64,000 nt of DNA from a virus. Location of the stretch: positions 2,204 through 66,203 of the IMG/VR virus record IMGVR_UViG_2548876986_000002; one strand, given 5' to 3'. Position 1 is the stretch's first letter; every line of letters starts with the position of its first letter. The notes beneath the pieces are model-generated. The model was given only the letters and a program-made list of their open reading frames with translations. It did no database searches and had not been told where the DNA came from. The position numbers were made by a program, and so were the translations under genes. Positions 42,806-55,551 of the stretch are shown one piece after another.

Positions 42806-43486
42806 ATGTCACTTACATGGCCTGGAACAGAAGAAGAATTAGAAAATAAGTTAAAGATGAATTTTAAACGAGGGAATATACAAAAAAATAAAGGAAACAT
42901 ATCCTTGTGCTACACTACCGAAGATGGTATAAAAATAAACTATTTTGGTCCAAAAACAAAAACAGTATCTATCCAACCGAATAATAGTAAAGTTCAAGCC
43001 ATATTGGAGGCACTGCTAACAAGCGAAACTTATATAGATGAAATTGGTAATAAAATTTTCATAGTACATGGACATGATATGAAAGTGAAAGAATCGCTTG
43101 AGAATATTCTTTACAAATGGGGTTTAAAACCATATACAATCATAGACGACAGTGGAAATGGACAAACTATTATAGAAAAACTGGAAGAAGAGACAAAATC
43201 TTGTGCTTTCGGCATTGTTATTTTGACACCTGATGACGCTGGATACGCTATAAAAGATGGTGAGGGGGCAATTCACAAAAGAGCTAGACAAAACGTTATT
43301 CTTGAAATGGGTATGTTATTAGCTTTTATGGGAAGAGAAAAAGTTAGCATTTTAAGACACGAAGATGTAGAAATGCCATCTGATATTTCTGGTGTTATTT
43401 ACATTCCTTTTCGCAATTCTTTAGATGAAGCAAAAGAAAAACTAAGAAAAAATCTTAAAAATGCTAATGTAAAAATAGACGACTAA
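42806..43486 (+). CDS. TIR-like nucleotide-binding protein (PF10137/Cap12-type TIR)
   Basis: KIFIVHGHD, TIIEKLE, GIVILTPDD, RARQNVILEMG, MPSDISG. Confidence 0.9.
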   Translation: MSLTWPGTEEELENKLKMNFKRGNIQKNKGNISLCYTTEDGIKINYFGPKTKTVSIQPNNSKVQAILEALLTSETYIDEIGNKIFIVHGHDMKVKESLENILYKWGLKPYTIIDDSGNGQTIIEKLEEETKSCAFGIVILTPDDAGYAIKDGEGAIHKRARQNVILEMGMLLAFMGREKVSILRHEDVEMPSDISGVIYIPFRNSLDEAKEKLRKNLKNANVKIDD

Positions 43487-43520
43487 ACAATATGTGGCCA
43501 ACCTATAGGTGTAATTACGT

Positions 43521-44907
43521 TTAATTATAATAAATAATCTCCGGCATAACATCCCGAATCATTTGATGTTCAATGGCTAGGGTAAGTGTTTGATAGGCAT
43601 CAACAGCATGCGAAGTCCAATCGTGTAAGGGTGAGTCTTTGTAGATGTTATTTTTTTCATCAAAGACCTTGGAATAGTTGGATAAGCAATCAATGAGTCT
43701 TTCCGTGTTTTCCTTATTAAATTTGGTGCGATAGAGCATTCTGCGCATAAGATTAATGGCATCGATTTTGCGTTGCGGTTTGGGTACACAAAAGGCAGCT
43801 TCGCCGAGTTCTTGTAGAATATCTTGCGTACTTTTGGTTGTCGCTTTATCTCGATTTTTACCATCATGCGGTAAAAAATGACTGTGTAATCTGAGATGAC
43901 GTTTATTGCAGAAGCGGTGTACTTCGTTCACGTAATACTGTATCGGATGGTTATTGGCTTCCATGAAGTGAATGATATTCGGGTTATTGAGGTGATCAAA
44001 TTGCGCTAAGATAACGGCAGTGGAATCGTTAACGCCCAGATCATAGAAAGCATAGACAGGAACATTGGGTAGCACTAATTCAGGAATGAGGCGCTTATTT
44101 TCTTCAAGATGTTGTATCTCTTTGGAGAAATAGAGTCGTTCATGCTGAACGGTAATAACGGAATAATACTCTTGCTGAATCAGAAATTCCGGCATACCGG
44201 CTTTGCGGTCTTCGTCGATGAGTTCATCGGTAATGTAACGGTTGCCGGCTTCATCCCTTAAGCTCTCTACGCTGTCTACGCGCCAAATCCAAGCCGGATT
44301 GGTTTTGATCGATTGCCAGTAACGATAGGCATGATTCATCCCGTTAAAGGTGGTTTGTAGAATAAACCAGCCGTTGTTCTGTCTAAACCTCTTAGCTTAT
44401 CGGGGTCGATATCCGACCCTAGTCGACACGAATGACTGATCTGTTAATGAGTTGTAGGGTCATATCTTGGTTGTTGATGTGCTTGAGACAACGTTTGGGG
44501 ATCATATCTAAGAAACGCAGACTTTTTCCTTCGTTATTATCGTTCAATAATACCGCACCTTCCCAAAGGACAAGACGTGCCCGTACATTGGTCGGGTAAA
44601 TCATCAAATATAAACCAGGCTGAGTGAGTGCGCCTTGGATTAACAGATTCCACGATTCGATCTCTTTGCCAGAACGTCTGGGTCTCACTAAAAAGAAACG
44701 TTTATAATTTTCATTAAATAATTTGTGTTGTATTTCTTGTTGGTAGGGTCTTAGTCTCAAAAAAGGTAAGGTGATGGTTTCACTTTTTCCAAAAAATAAG
44801 ACTAAGTTATTTTCATTATCCCGTCCCCAAGTAAATTGATCCTGCGTTCGTTTTTGCAAGCTTATTTTTAAGTGATTGATTTCTTTTTTAAGACTCGCGA
44901 GTTGCAT
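43521..44907 (-). pseudogene. Terminase large subunit, frameshifted
   Basis: LRPYQ, RRSGK Walker A, nuclease motifs YDLG..D.T, LPHD, SHAVDA. Confidence 0.88.
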
Positions 44908-44910
44908 AAC

Positions 44911-46057
44911 TTAAGTTTTAATAAATCCATTGACGACTAAAGAAGGCTGCATGACATTAAAGGGTTGACTACCCCCTGTAGAGCCCGTTTGAACCGTATC
45001 GGGATGTTCGCCAGACCAATCGTTAGGTCCATTTTGAAATTGATGCTGTACCACAAAAGCGCTCATGCTGTGTGTATGCGCAATGAGTTCATCAATCGTC
45101 ATTTTTATGGGTTTCTTCGCCACCGGCACTACCGACCGTGTTATTCAAAATAGGGGTAGCTGTTCCACCAGAACCGACCAATGCGCGTCGACAAAAGTTA
45201 GGAATATTAAAGGTGGTCTTACTATCGCCTGCACCAAATTGCGTGCCAATCGCTGCAAAAAGCGCCGCATAGTCTGTTCGGCTAATGGCACTTCCATTCA
45301 TGAGTAAAAATCCTTTACGTTCAGTGATGTGCACGCCGGTTAAGATAAAATCACCGGTTTGTATGGAAGCTTCAGAAAGCGTAGCTATTTTTTGTTCGAG
45401 CTGATTTAAATACGCATGTAGGGTGCTTCCTTGTTTTTCTAAAGTCTTGTAATAACCAATTAATGCGGTGCCATCACCACCATTGGGTGCTTGACTGGCC
45501 AATTCGGAACGTAAGGTACTGACATCAGTATTTTCAATTTGTGCCGCGATAATATTGCCACCTTGACTGACCCAAACTTGATTATCTTGTGCTGTTAAAA
45601 TAGGTAATTTATTGGCTAAATTAGAGGTTAAATAACTATTAATAATATATTGCAGATTATTTTTGTTTATCTGCGTATTGAACTCCTGCATGATCAACAA
45701 TATGCGTTCAAAGGCCGCATCGAGGGTATGACCATTAAAGGATTGGGCATTGCCAAATTCGGTTTCAATGCCGACTTGCATGCTGCGAACTAAAGTAACA
45801 ATACTACCGGCAATAGGAACTTTCCCTTTAACGAAAGTAATCGTGCCACCCGTCATGGTTCCTGCGTTCTGTACGGTGTAATCTTGATTCAATACTTGTA
45901 AGTCTTTATCAGGATTGGCTTCATCACCAGGATTTGTTACGTAGACAGCCATATCATTATCAACGAGAATCAAATAAGTATAGTTAAAAATAGCTGTCTT
46001 TCCGTCAGCGATATATTGGTCAATCGTATTTTGTTGGGGTAAATTGCTTTTTGGCAT
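44911..46057 (-). pseudogene. Tail fibre: T7 gp17-like anchor plus tail-collar domain, frameshifted
   Basis: DGKTAIFNYTY..DYTV..GGTITF; GFLLMNGSAISRTDYAALFAAIGT; GGSQPFNVMQPSLVVN. Confidence 0.85.
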
Positions 46058-46058
46058 A

Positions 46059-48854
46059 TTATTTTCCGTAAATCATTTTTTGTCCGGGTGCTAAATAAGA
46101 TTTATCGCCGAGGAGCTGATTGAGGTAAGGGCCGATAACGGGCATGGTGTCGATGGGTAGGATATTTTTAGCAATATTTTTTATTTCTTTTCCCGATTTT
46201 TTTGGATTAGCTGTCACAATAGCCCCGCCTAATGAAATAGTATCAAGCAGTAGCTTGAAGCTAGGCGACGTAAATAATTTCATTAATTCACCAGAGCCCT
46301 TATAGGTAGGGTCAAGGATTTGCATGAAAACCCCAAAATTAGGATTCACTAAATCCGCTAAATAATTTATTTTTTCAGGGACATTCATTTTGGAAAACAA
46401 CGGCATGCTTTTGCCATGCGATAAATTATTGAATAGATTTGACATATAACTTAAGGGCAGTGTGGCAGCAAACATGGCTAATCCCCACCGTAAGCGCATT
46501 TGGGTATTCATTGCATCTTGAAAGCCTTGCCAGAGCACTTTATCGGCATAGGTGAAGGCAAAGCCTTTGAACTGCATGACCATGCGAAAGAGTTCGCCTT
46601 TAACCGTGCCAGGGCGTGTACCGAAGTACATAAAGGCTTTCATAAAGCTATCAGGGGCTAATACGGCGTTATCAGAAGCGACGGAAAATATTGTGTAGAC
46701 CTTACGGTACAAATCATTACGCATTTCATAGCGAGGTTTGGTATCGCCATATAACGTTTTTAACTCGTCGTCAGTTACCACATCCACATTAGCTGTTGTA
46801 AATAGGCCTTCTTGATTTTTCGTTCTCAATAAATCCCATTCTTTTTCACCTAAATCATATTTTTGTAACTGCCAGCGAGTTTCTGGCAATAATTGATTCC
46901 AGGATTTATTTCTTTGTTTATACAAGCCTTTCGAAATAAGGTGCATTAAAGAATGGCGATTGCCTTTATCGAAAGCCTCCAGCAAATTGGCCCGAAAAAA
47001 TCCAGTGGTTACTTTCTGAATGAGTTCCGTGCCATTGGTTAAATCCGCAAAGCGAGCGATATAACCCAAATGGCTATCGGCTAGAAGCTTAAATTGCTTG
47101 GCGATAAATTTTCGCTCATCGTCGGCAAATGAATCGAAAGTATGGCTTATCGTCGAAGCAAAACTTTGGAAATACTGATTTCCCCAGCGCTGCGCAAAGG
47201 AAGCGATATAGACAGAATCAGGTAAACTCTGTAATACGATAGTCGATAATCTTGCTGCTGCGCTTAAAGCCCGTGTATTAGAACCAAACGCCGCGATGCT
47301 GGGGCTTACCACCGCCTTGTTTTGCTGCATCACTTCCTTATATAACATGTCAGTATTATCGTTCCAAGCTTGACTCTTAGGTGATTTTTTTCGTTGAATT
47401 TTTTTTAGATCAAGATAAACGGATGCTGGGTTATCACCCATGAGTTCCGCCGTTCCAATACGATTCCCCGAACTGTTGAGATCACCATTGATGGCTTTAA
47501 ACAAATTCCCTTGACCATATTCTCGGCTATAATTCAAAAAAGACTCATGGTCCTTCCAGTAAAAGAATAGATGAGCTTTTCTTTTAACGGCTTCTCTGTC
47601 ATTGACAATTGTTGAACGCGTGAAGATTTCACTTTTACCTGTCGTGATATTGTCATAAATCGTCTGTAATCGTTTATCCACTTCCGATTCAATAAGATTA
47701 CCTTCCGTATCAATGGCTTTACTACCAGCAAAGGTTTTCTCTAAGTTGAGATGCGTTTTTATGAATGAAACCCATCGTTTTTCTGCATTTTTAATGGATT
47801 CAGAACGCATTTCGGCCGATAAATTATGGAGGCTTAACCGCTTTGCCATACTGCGCCCACCTTGCATCACTAATCGTTGATCATGGACGGCTCGAATAAA
47901 GCGATCGGTATTGACTTCACGTAGACGTAAGGCATTAGAAATAATTAATTCGGGATTACGGACATCAATATAATTTTCTATTTTTTTAGCCAGTTGTTTT
48001 GCCAATTCCGGTGCAGTCTTCCCATCTAAGGCACGGGCAACGGAAATATCATTATCTTTATTTTGTAAATAACTTAATTCCTCATCAGACATGCCTTGAT
48101 ATAATGCTTTAAATAAACGTTGCTGTGCGGCTTTCTGATAAGCCTCAACATTCGACGATAAATTTGTATAGCGTTGCACCAGTAAGGAGCGCAAATTAAT
48201 CGGTTTTTCTTTTAATGTTTTCGCTAAATTGTCAAACTTTCTCACATTATTAGCGGTAACTTGGATATCTTCAAGGTGATTTTGTAAATTTTCTTGGTTA
48301 ACTTCATCAATCGCTTTGTTAATAGCACCTCTATTTCCTAATTTGTCATACTCTCTGGCTTTGGATAACACATTATTGACATACTCATGCAAATCATTTT
48401 CGGTAAATTGCGATAAATTAGCGAGGGCATTCGCAAGACAGTTCTTTTTTCGTTCGGCTTCGTCTAGCTTAGCTTGTTTCTTAGCGGCTATCCGTGCTTT
48501 TCTGCGTGCTTCTTTGTCTTGGTATTTTTTAGTGACCCTGCCAACCGCTTCGCGCCTTTCTTGGGTTAAACGTTTCTGTTGTTCAACACGTTTGGCTATT
48601 TCTTTTCCTTCTGTTTCTTGTTTCTCTTTTTTTAAGCGTTTTGTCTGCTCAAGCCGTTTGACAATTTCCTTCCCCACCGCCTTTTCTTGTCGGGCGGAAG
48701 CATTGATTTTTTGGCTAGCTAAACTTGCTTTTGTTTTTTCTAATGCTTTCCCTTTTTGAGCGGCCTCGGTTGAGAGTGACCTTAATTTTTTGTTGACGCC
48801 TTTTTGCTTTATTTTTGAAATAGCTTTATCTAAAACCGTGCCAGCCTCAGGCAA
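46059..48854 (-). CDS. Large internal virion (ejection) protein, T7 gp16-like position
   Basis: 931-aa helical protein preceding the fibre gene. Confidence 0.65.
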   Translation of the reverse strand: MPEAGTVLDKAISKIKQKGVNKKLRSLSTEAAQKGKALEKTKASLASQKINASARQEKAVGKEIVKRLEQTKRLKKEKQETEGKEIAKRVEQQKRLTQERREAVGRVTKKYQDKEARRKARIAAKKQAKLDEAERKKNCLANALANLSQFTENDLHEYVNNVLSKAREYDKLGNRGAINKAIDEVNQENLQNHLEDIQVTANNVRKFDNLAKTLKEKPINLRSLLVQRYTNLSSNVEAYQKAAQQRLFKALYQGMSDEELSYLQNKDNDISVARALDGKTAPELAKQLAKKIENYIDVRNPELIISNALRLREVNTDRFIRAVHDQRLVMQGGRSMAKRLSLHNLSAEMRSESIKNAEKRWVSFIKTHLNLEKTFAGSKAIDTEGNLIESEVDKRLQTIYDNITTGKSEIFTRSTIVNDREAVKRKAHLFFYWKDHESFLNYSREYGQGNLFKAINGDLNSSGNRIGTAELMGDNPASVYLDLKKIQRKKSPKSQAWNDNTDMLYKEVMQQNKAVVSPSIAAFGSNTRALSAAARLSTIVLQSLPDSVYIASFAQRWGNQYFQSFASTISHTFDSFADDERKFIAKQFKLLADSHLGYIARFADLTNGTELIQKVTTGFFRANLLEAFDKGNRHSLMHLISKGLYKQRNKSWNQLLPETRWQLQKYDLGEKEWDLLRTKNQEGLFTTANVDVVTDDELKTLYGDTKPRYEMRNDLYRKVYTIFSVASDNAVLAPDSFMKAFMYFGTRPGTVKGELFRMVMQFKGFAFTYADKVLWQGFQDAMNTQMRLRWGLAMFAATLPLSYMSNLFNNLSHGKSMPLFSKMNVPEKINYLADLVNPNFGVFMQILDPTYKGSGELMKLFTSPSFKLLLDTISLGGAIVTANPKKSGKEIKNIAKNILPIDTMPVIGPYLNQLLGDKSYLAPGQKMIYGK

Positions 48855-48859
48855 GGTTC

Positions 48860-50221
48860 TTTTTTGTCGAGATTCCTTTTTAGCTTTATTAATTACTTTT
48901 TTTTAGCAATTTATCGTCTGACATCAGATTTTCCCTAAAATACAATGTATCGCATTACGAAATACCTGGTTTTTTTCTTTAAATTCTTGAAATTTTTTGA
49001 CCGCAGGTGATACTTCTTTTTCGATTGCACTGTCCTCTAAATGTTTTGAAGGGAGTTCGATAGGCGTTGACTCCTCTTTAACGCCGGCTTTTAGATTATC
49101 CTCGTACTGTTTTAAGCGTTCTTTCGCTTCAAAAGCTTGTTTTTCAGACAGTTTTGCATCAGGAATATTATTTTATATGGTCAATGACATTGGATAAAAA
49201 ATGGCTTCCAATCTTCTGCTCCTTTATTTTCTAGTTCCGTGAGAATGCCTTTTAAGCCGTCACTTAATGCAGGATTTTGCTTGAGACGATCTAAGGCATT
49301 TTTTTGGATAAAATCAGATAGTACATTGGGGTTATCGATACCTTCACGAGCTAATAATTCTTCCGGTAATAACCCACTGTAAGGCTTTAATATCATTCGG
49401 TGTTAATAACGATACATTCACTTTCTTATCGATACGGTTAACCGCGATATCAGGATGATTTTTTGTAGTAGTTCAGCTGCACGTTGTTCGAGTTCTGGGT
49501 TATCTGGATTTTTTTATAATCCTGGAACCAAACTTTTCTTCAGGTGTAATGGTCTTGTTCTTTTTTTTTCTGTTAGATCGCTTACTCCGGAACGGTTAAA
49601 AAGTTTAGAGCGAATTATACTTCCGACAAAAGGAACAGCACCTAAGGCTAATCCAATCCCACCAGCAATAGCAGTCGTTTTAATAAAATGTGAAACATCT
49701 ACTTTATTATCAGGCGTTATAGATTCCGCTAGAGTTTGAGGAATCAATGGCGCCGTACCAATACCAGAAACAGTTAACGCTTTTTCACCCAGTGATCCTA
49801 CGGTTTCCGTCGATAATTTTGTGATTGTTTTACCCGCAAGATTGCTTAAGAACTCAGGTGCTAAGGCCGAAACACCTTTAACCGCTCCTTTAGCTAATAA
49901 ACCGCCGGCGCCCCCTAAGGCAATATTGATCGGGTTTAATCCAAAACCTAATACAGCAGCAATTCCATCGCCCACTTTTTGTGTTAATGGTAAGACAGGT
50001 ACTTCCGTTACATTTTGTATGGAATGATAAAGAGCATTCAGTGATGAAAAATGGGGATGTAATCCTGCTAACGATCCTATTTTATCTAAAGCCATCTCAG
50101 GTGCTATCAACTGTTCTAAGAAATTACCTGATAGTGCACTATAACTGGGTGGACTAAATTCAGCTTGCTGTTGGTATTGTTCTTTAAAATCTGGTTTTAC
50201 TATCGCATTACTGAGTAACAT
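48860..50221 (-). pseudogene. Internal virion protein, frameshifted
   Basis: ORFs 49514 and 49181 in the late operon; Gly/Ala-rich. Confidence 0.55.
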
Positions 50222-52644
50222 TTATTTCTTCCTATGCGCATAATGTAATAAGCTATCGGTATAGGGCTGCGAATAAACCACTGTTCCGGCTTGATCAACG
50301 GCTATGATTAAACCATCCGGTGTATTGGTGATAGTTAACGGATTGCGATCTAAATTAAAAAACTCAGCTAGAGGATTTTTGATGTGTTGCCAGACTTCTT
50401 TAGCGATAACAGTTCCTGTCGATGTCATGGGAAAAAGTCCCTGACTTTCTTCAACCACTGTTTTAAATGGTTTGATCGGACTGATGTTAAATCCTAGAGC
50501 TTCATACGCTTCCTCTTTCACATGCTGAGCTAAGTAAGCGGCTTCACTATCGGTAATGCCTAGCGCTTTGGTGTTAAAGGTATAACCGTCACCTTTTGAA
50601 ATTTGATAGGCTCTAGTGAAATTGTCGTTAAACGTTTGCATGTATTTATTAATGTCTTTGAGTGCTAAATCGTTATGGATTAAACCTTGATACTTCACAT
50701 AGTTCATCGCCATGTTGACCACGCTTAAAGTACGGGAAGGATCACCCGATTGACCTAAATAATCTAAAACATCTGAACTATCGTGTTTAGGATTATCTCG
50801 CAACGCATTCCAATGGCTGCTAAACCAGCCTGATTGACTGTATAACTGCGCAATGAGATTATTTTTTAATGATTTATCATCGACACCAGAATCGCTTTTA
50901 TTAATAACCCCAACTTTAGAAAAATCCTGTCCCGTTTGATTCGCTAAAATCAATTGTCGTAAAAAAGCGGGATCAGTATTGCCCTGTAATAATCCCGCGG
51001 TATAAGCGACTTCTTGTTGCAAGGGCTTTTGTAAACTGGCAGCCAGATAAACTTTATTGTTGGGATCGTGATGGGAAAGCACTTGCAGTAAGGTATCGGG
51101 GTCGGCGCCTTGGATAAAAGCGGATTGTGCTTGTAGTTTCAGGTCATTTGGAATCGGTTGAATAAAATGATTATCGATCTGCATCGCATGACCGAGTTGC
51201 ACGGATCGCGAAATGTAGTCGTTATAGGCTGCACGCGGATCCACACTATTATAATTTTGTGCATAACCCTTTAGAATAGCTTGTCCTTGCGGTGTTTGTT
51301 GAATGACTTGAGCATATTCTCCCGAGGTAAAACCATTCAGCAGATGCTGCAAGGCGGCTCGTTCGCCTTTTTCGGCTTGGGTTAGTAAACCATTTTTGGT
51401 ATCGAGTTCACTTAAGCGCTGTTTGAGTAACTGCCAATTCTCACCGTTATTGAAAAGACCTTGTGCTTTTTGTACACCTTGACCAAATAAAACCACCTCG
51501 TTTAAATGATCCGGCGTAAGCTTCATCCAGGCTAAAGGATTAATCGGCTGACCTTTCACTAAATCGGACTTAACACCCTGCATCGTTAAATCCATATCGT
51601 AATGATTTTGCAGATGTAAGATGTCTTGTGAAATCGGTGTATTGGCTTTATCGATGTTTTGGGCAAACGGTGAGGCTAAAACTTTCTGCAAGTCGGCCGA
51701 GCGCGCGTTGGGGTTTTGATAAAGCTGGTGTAGCGCCTGCACTCTATCGAGGCTATGGGACAGCGTTTTAAATAATACGCCGCCCTGTTTCGGCGTAATA
51801 AGTCGCCCCAACATCGCCTTTTCTACTGTCTGATGTGCTAAATCTAATTTTTGCTGAAAGAGTTTGTCATCATTAACAGAGCTATAGAGGTCTTTTAAGA
51901 CATTCGGCCATTCGGTATAAAACTGACTGGTTAATTTCAGTTGGTTGGTTTGAAAATCAGTGAGTTGCGCTTGGCTATTAACTTGATTACGACTGGATTG
52001 TAATAAAACGTCTAATTGCCCTTTGGTTTTATTATTAACAGGTGTGGTATTTTTAATATTATCCAGTTGCTGCTGCGTATCTTGTGCAATTTGATTGGTT
52101 TGAGTTTAACCAAGGCGTCAGATTTAATTTGATCCGCACTGCTGGTGGCTTGGAGTAATAGCGCATTACTTTTTTCTTGCTCTAAACGCAAATCGGTTTG
52201 TATCAACCCTTGAGACACATTGCCAAGGGCCTGTCCTATTGATTCAAAACCTTTAGCGCCACTGGCTATTTTGGTATCGCGCAAAATGGGCACTTCATCT
52301 TTAAATTGTGCAAAAGATTCAGCCATTACTTTGGACTCATACTTTTTAATTGCGCAAAGGACATCAGTGTGTTGGCCAATGTTTTCGGTATTACGCTGTG
52401 TTGCATTAAAGCTGGGTGAAGAGAAGGCAACACCCCGTGTGGTCATCTGTGCCGCTTGGCGTTGAATAACCTTATCTAAACTGTCTAAGTTACTTAACGT
52501 GGATTGCTGGTACTGCAATTCATTTTGTTTGGCTTGTAAGTCAAGTTGATTTTCTTGTGCTTTGGCTGCTTGTACTTCCATAACACCTTTGCCGACTTCC
52601 ATTGCCGCGGCTGTCGCTAAAATAAGTAAACTGGCTTGTGGCAT
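50222..52644 (-). pseudogene. Two internal virion proteins (gp14/gp15-like positions), fused and frameshifted
   Basis: Gln/Ala-rich N-terminus, apparent second start MAESF.., continuing into the 50222..51814 ORF. Confidence 0.55.
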
Positions 52645-52651
52645 AATTCTC

Positions 52652-54645
52652 CTAGATCATTGATGCCGTCACTTGATAGGCAATGGCGGTTATTTGTAAA
52701 TCGAACGGTGCATTTTGGGTAATCGTAAAGGTTTTATCGCGATTCCAGCCTGATACGGGGCCAACAATCGCTGTTCCACTAGGAGGAAATAAAAAGGTCG
52801 TTTTATCCGCAATTTTATTAAAAAATTGATAATTGACTAACTTATCATCAATGTAAAAGTTTAACGATTCAAAATATTCGACATAAATCTTAGTCGTTTG
52901 TTTCATTAAGTCAGCGTGCGAAGGGCCTGTATAAAAATACATGGGTATGATTTCAACCGGATAAAGCAAACCGACAATTGCTGTTCCACTAAATCTTTGC
53001 GGATTGGCAACATGAATAACACCATTTTTTACGCGATAGATACCCATGTCATCAACAACAAGTACAACTTGTACATCTAAGCCTTCAAAACGTTCTAGGC
53101 CTTCAATGGTGCCGTCGGAGGACATTTCTTTTTCTTCGTAGCCATCGATTTTGATGTGTTCAGCTAGCATTTTTTCTAAAACGACCTGATCACTGTTGAC
53201 ATACTTTTTTAACAAATAAATGAGGTTGTTGATAGAGACTATATTGAGTATTTCCATAAGGTGGGTTAAACGTCATGGGTGTTAAGGCGGCTAAATTGAC
53301 TTCGTGTGCAAATTGAAAGGTGGTAATGGTATGATCAGGATTTAAAAAATAAATAAAATTATCTTGTGAAGTATCAGTACCACGCAATAGCACGGCTTTA
53401 ACGGGATTTTTGACTAAGTGGCTCGCGGCCTGGCTAATATTACTGGCTAAATAACTCTGGCCTAGTCCTTGAAACCGAAAGTTAATGATCGCATTACCAG
53501 TTTTATTGAGATAATAACTGTCATTGAGATAGCTAATGGGTTTTAACTTTTCTGAGACACCGTAGGCCGCTTGTTGACGTACTGAGAATGTGCCAGGGGT
53601 TAAGCCCGTGTTTTGTTCTTGCGGGGCTACAAACTCGTAATTGGCCGTATAAATTTCTAATTGCTTACCGCCATTCATCCAAACAATACCGCCAGAGTCA
53701 CTTTGCCCTAAGGTATAAATAATCGCATCGGTATCTTGTCCTACACCGACATCAAAATTGACCGGTGCATTTATTTTTGAGCCAAAGATCGTATTATTAA
53801 GTGTTTTAGTATTCGCAAACCACAATCGATTTTGAAAAAAGATAACTTTACTGGGATAACCCATATTTTGAGAAAAAGCGGCTTTTCTTACAGAGTATTG
53901 CGTCGCTGATGTTGATGCGCCGTTAATTAAAAAAGGAATTTGTACTTTTCCTGTAAAAATGACCTTATCGGCTTGATAAGCAACTTTTGTAATGATCGCA
54001 TAACCTAATGGCGAAACCTCAGTCGTTCCACCACCAATAATTTGTCCGCCAATCCAATCATCCGTAAACCCAGGTGCATTGGTTAATGTCAGGGTAATGG
54101 TATGCGCGTCACCTGAAATAGAAGCATCGCCTTTGTTATAAATGACATCCCCAAAATCATAGGCTGGTAAAGGATAGAGATTTAATACTTCATAGATAAA
54201 CAACGATTTATCGTAATCTTTGATTGTAATTCGCGCCGGTGGATACTCTTTATGAACGAGAATCAGCGAATCGTTGTCATTGGTATAATCTAAGTCAGCC
54301 AAATCGACAGAAAGATACGGTGTTATTAAGGTTTGTAAGAAAGTAATGTGATCTTCATCATCACTTATTTGGTAAATATCAAAGGATTTATCTAAACTGA
54401 CGAGAATATAAAATTGACCATTTTTATCCTGAAAAACTATACAATTTCGCGTTAGGATCGCTATTTTTAGTTTGAGTGAGAAATTTCGTCCCTTTTCTTT
54501 TTTTAGCTAGACCTGTGGTTCCAACTTCAATATTTAACAATGACTGTGCAGCGGTGAGATAATCTTTAAAGTCTGTTCGATGGTAATTAATCGAATCCAC
54601 TTCGCCACTACTGAACATGGTTTGCCGGATAAGCTCGGTTGCCAT
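52652..54645 (-). pseudogene. Tail tubular protein B (T7 gp12-like), frameshifted
   Basis: QTMFSSGEV..; GYPSKVIFFQNRLWF; split over 3 ORFs. Confidence 0.8.
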
Positions 54646-54646
54646 T

Positions 54647-55222
54647 CTATATCCACATCACCCGATCAAAATCGTTAAATGGCGCTGCTTTAATATCGCG
54701 CTCCATGTTATTGAGTAATAACGCATTCATTTTTTCTTTTTCGTATTTAGCTTCCAGGTAATTCGCTAAGTTGACGTTCTGCGTCAATGAAACGGCTGAA
54801 TCAGAAGCCGCATATAATGCTAAAGTTCGAGCAAAGATCGGTGGTAAGATGCTGTAATCCATCGTATTGACGAGATAATAATAGATGAATGGGTTCGTGT
54901 TAGTGAGGATGTACCCGTCTACAAGCTCAAAATCTAAAATAAAACGGTTAGCGCCCAACTTAATAAAACGCCCATAATCAAACGGTAATTGATAGGTATA
55001 ACGATAATCCGGCGAGAAATTTTGTGTAATGGGTGTATTATCTTCACGATACTTCACTGCAAAGCGCCAGGTTTCGCTCAATAATAAGATGGGTAATAAG
55101 CTATCTAGTTTCTCTGAAATAAATTGTGCGGCCTCACTTTCTTTTTCATTGGCAATCGGTGACAAACCTAAGGCTAATAAGGCTTGATTGATCACCGTTA
55201 GTTTGGAAAAAGGTAAGGCCAT
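54647..55222 (-). CDS. Tail tubular protein A/adaptor (T7 gp11-like)
   Basis: VINQALLALG..WRFA..YQLP.D. Confidence 0.8.
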   Translation of the reverse strand: MALPFSKLTVINQALLALGLSPIANEKESEAAQFISEKLDSLLPILLLSETWRFAVKYREDNTPITQNFSPDYRYTYQLPFDYGRFIKLGANRFILDFELVDGYILTNTNPFIYYYLVNTMDYSILPPIFARTLALYAASDSAVSLTQNVNLANYLEAKYEKEKMNALLLNNMERDIKAAPFNDFDRVMWI

Positions 55223-55233
55223 ACACGCCAGTC

Positions 55234-55542
55234 TTATTTGGGAGGTGGTGGTGGAGTCGGTGCGGCCACTTTAATGAGTTGTGCTTGCGGCGGATCACCG
55301 CTTTTTGCGGTATTTTTAACAGAGAATAAGCCACTGTTTTTGCTAGACTCATAGTTGATGATCATTACGTCGAAATCTTTAACTTGTTTTCGGATATACA
55401 GATCATTAATATAACCGGCTTTGGTAATAACATCTTCTTTATCTGGCGTACTAGCTGAAAATAAAGCGGCCGCTGTACCAGGAAGACCTCCGGTTACGGG
55501 AGTTAGGGTAATAAAATTGGAGGTGTTAGGTATACTTGGCAT
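55234..55542 (-). CDS. Virion/head-associated protein
   Basis: Lies between capsid and tail tube A; relic copy at about 11480-11690. Confidence 0.6.
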   Translation of the reverse strand: MPSIPNTSNFITLTPVTGGLPGTAAALFSASTPDKEDVITKAGYINDLYIRKQVKDFDVMIINYESSKNSGLFSVKNTAKSGDPPQAQLIKVAAPTPPPPPK

Positions 55543-55551
55543 AGGATCCTC

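Noticed and set aside
42806-43486. Complete CBASS/Pycsar/Thoeris operon
   Set aside because: No cyclase or ThsA-like partner is adjacent.
44911-46057. Diversity-generating retroelement acting on the fibre
   Set aside because: No reverse transcriptase and no template/variable repeat pair seen.
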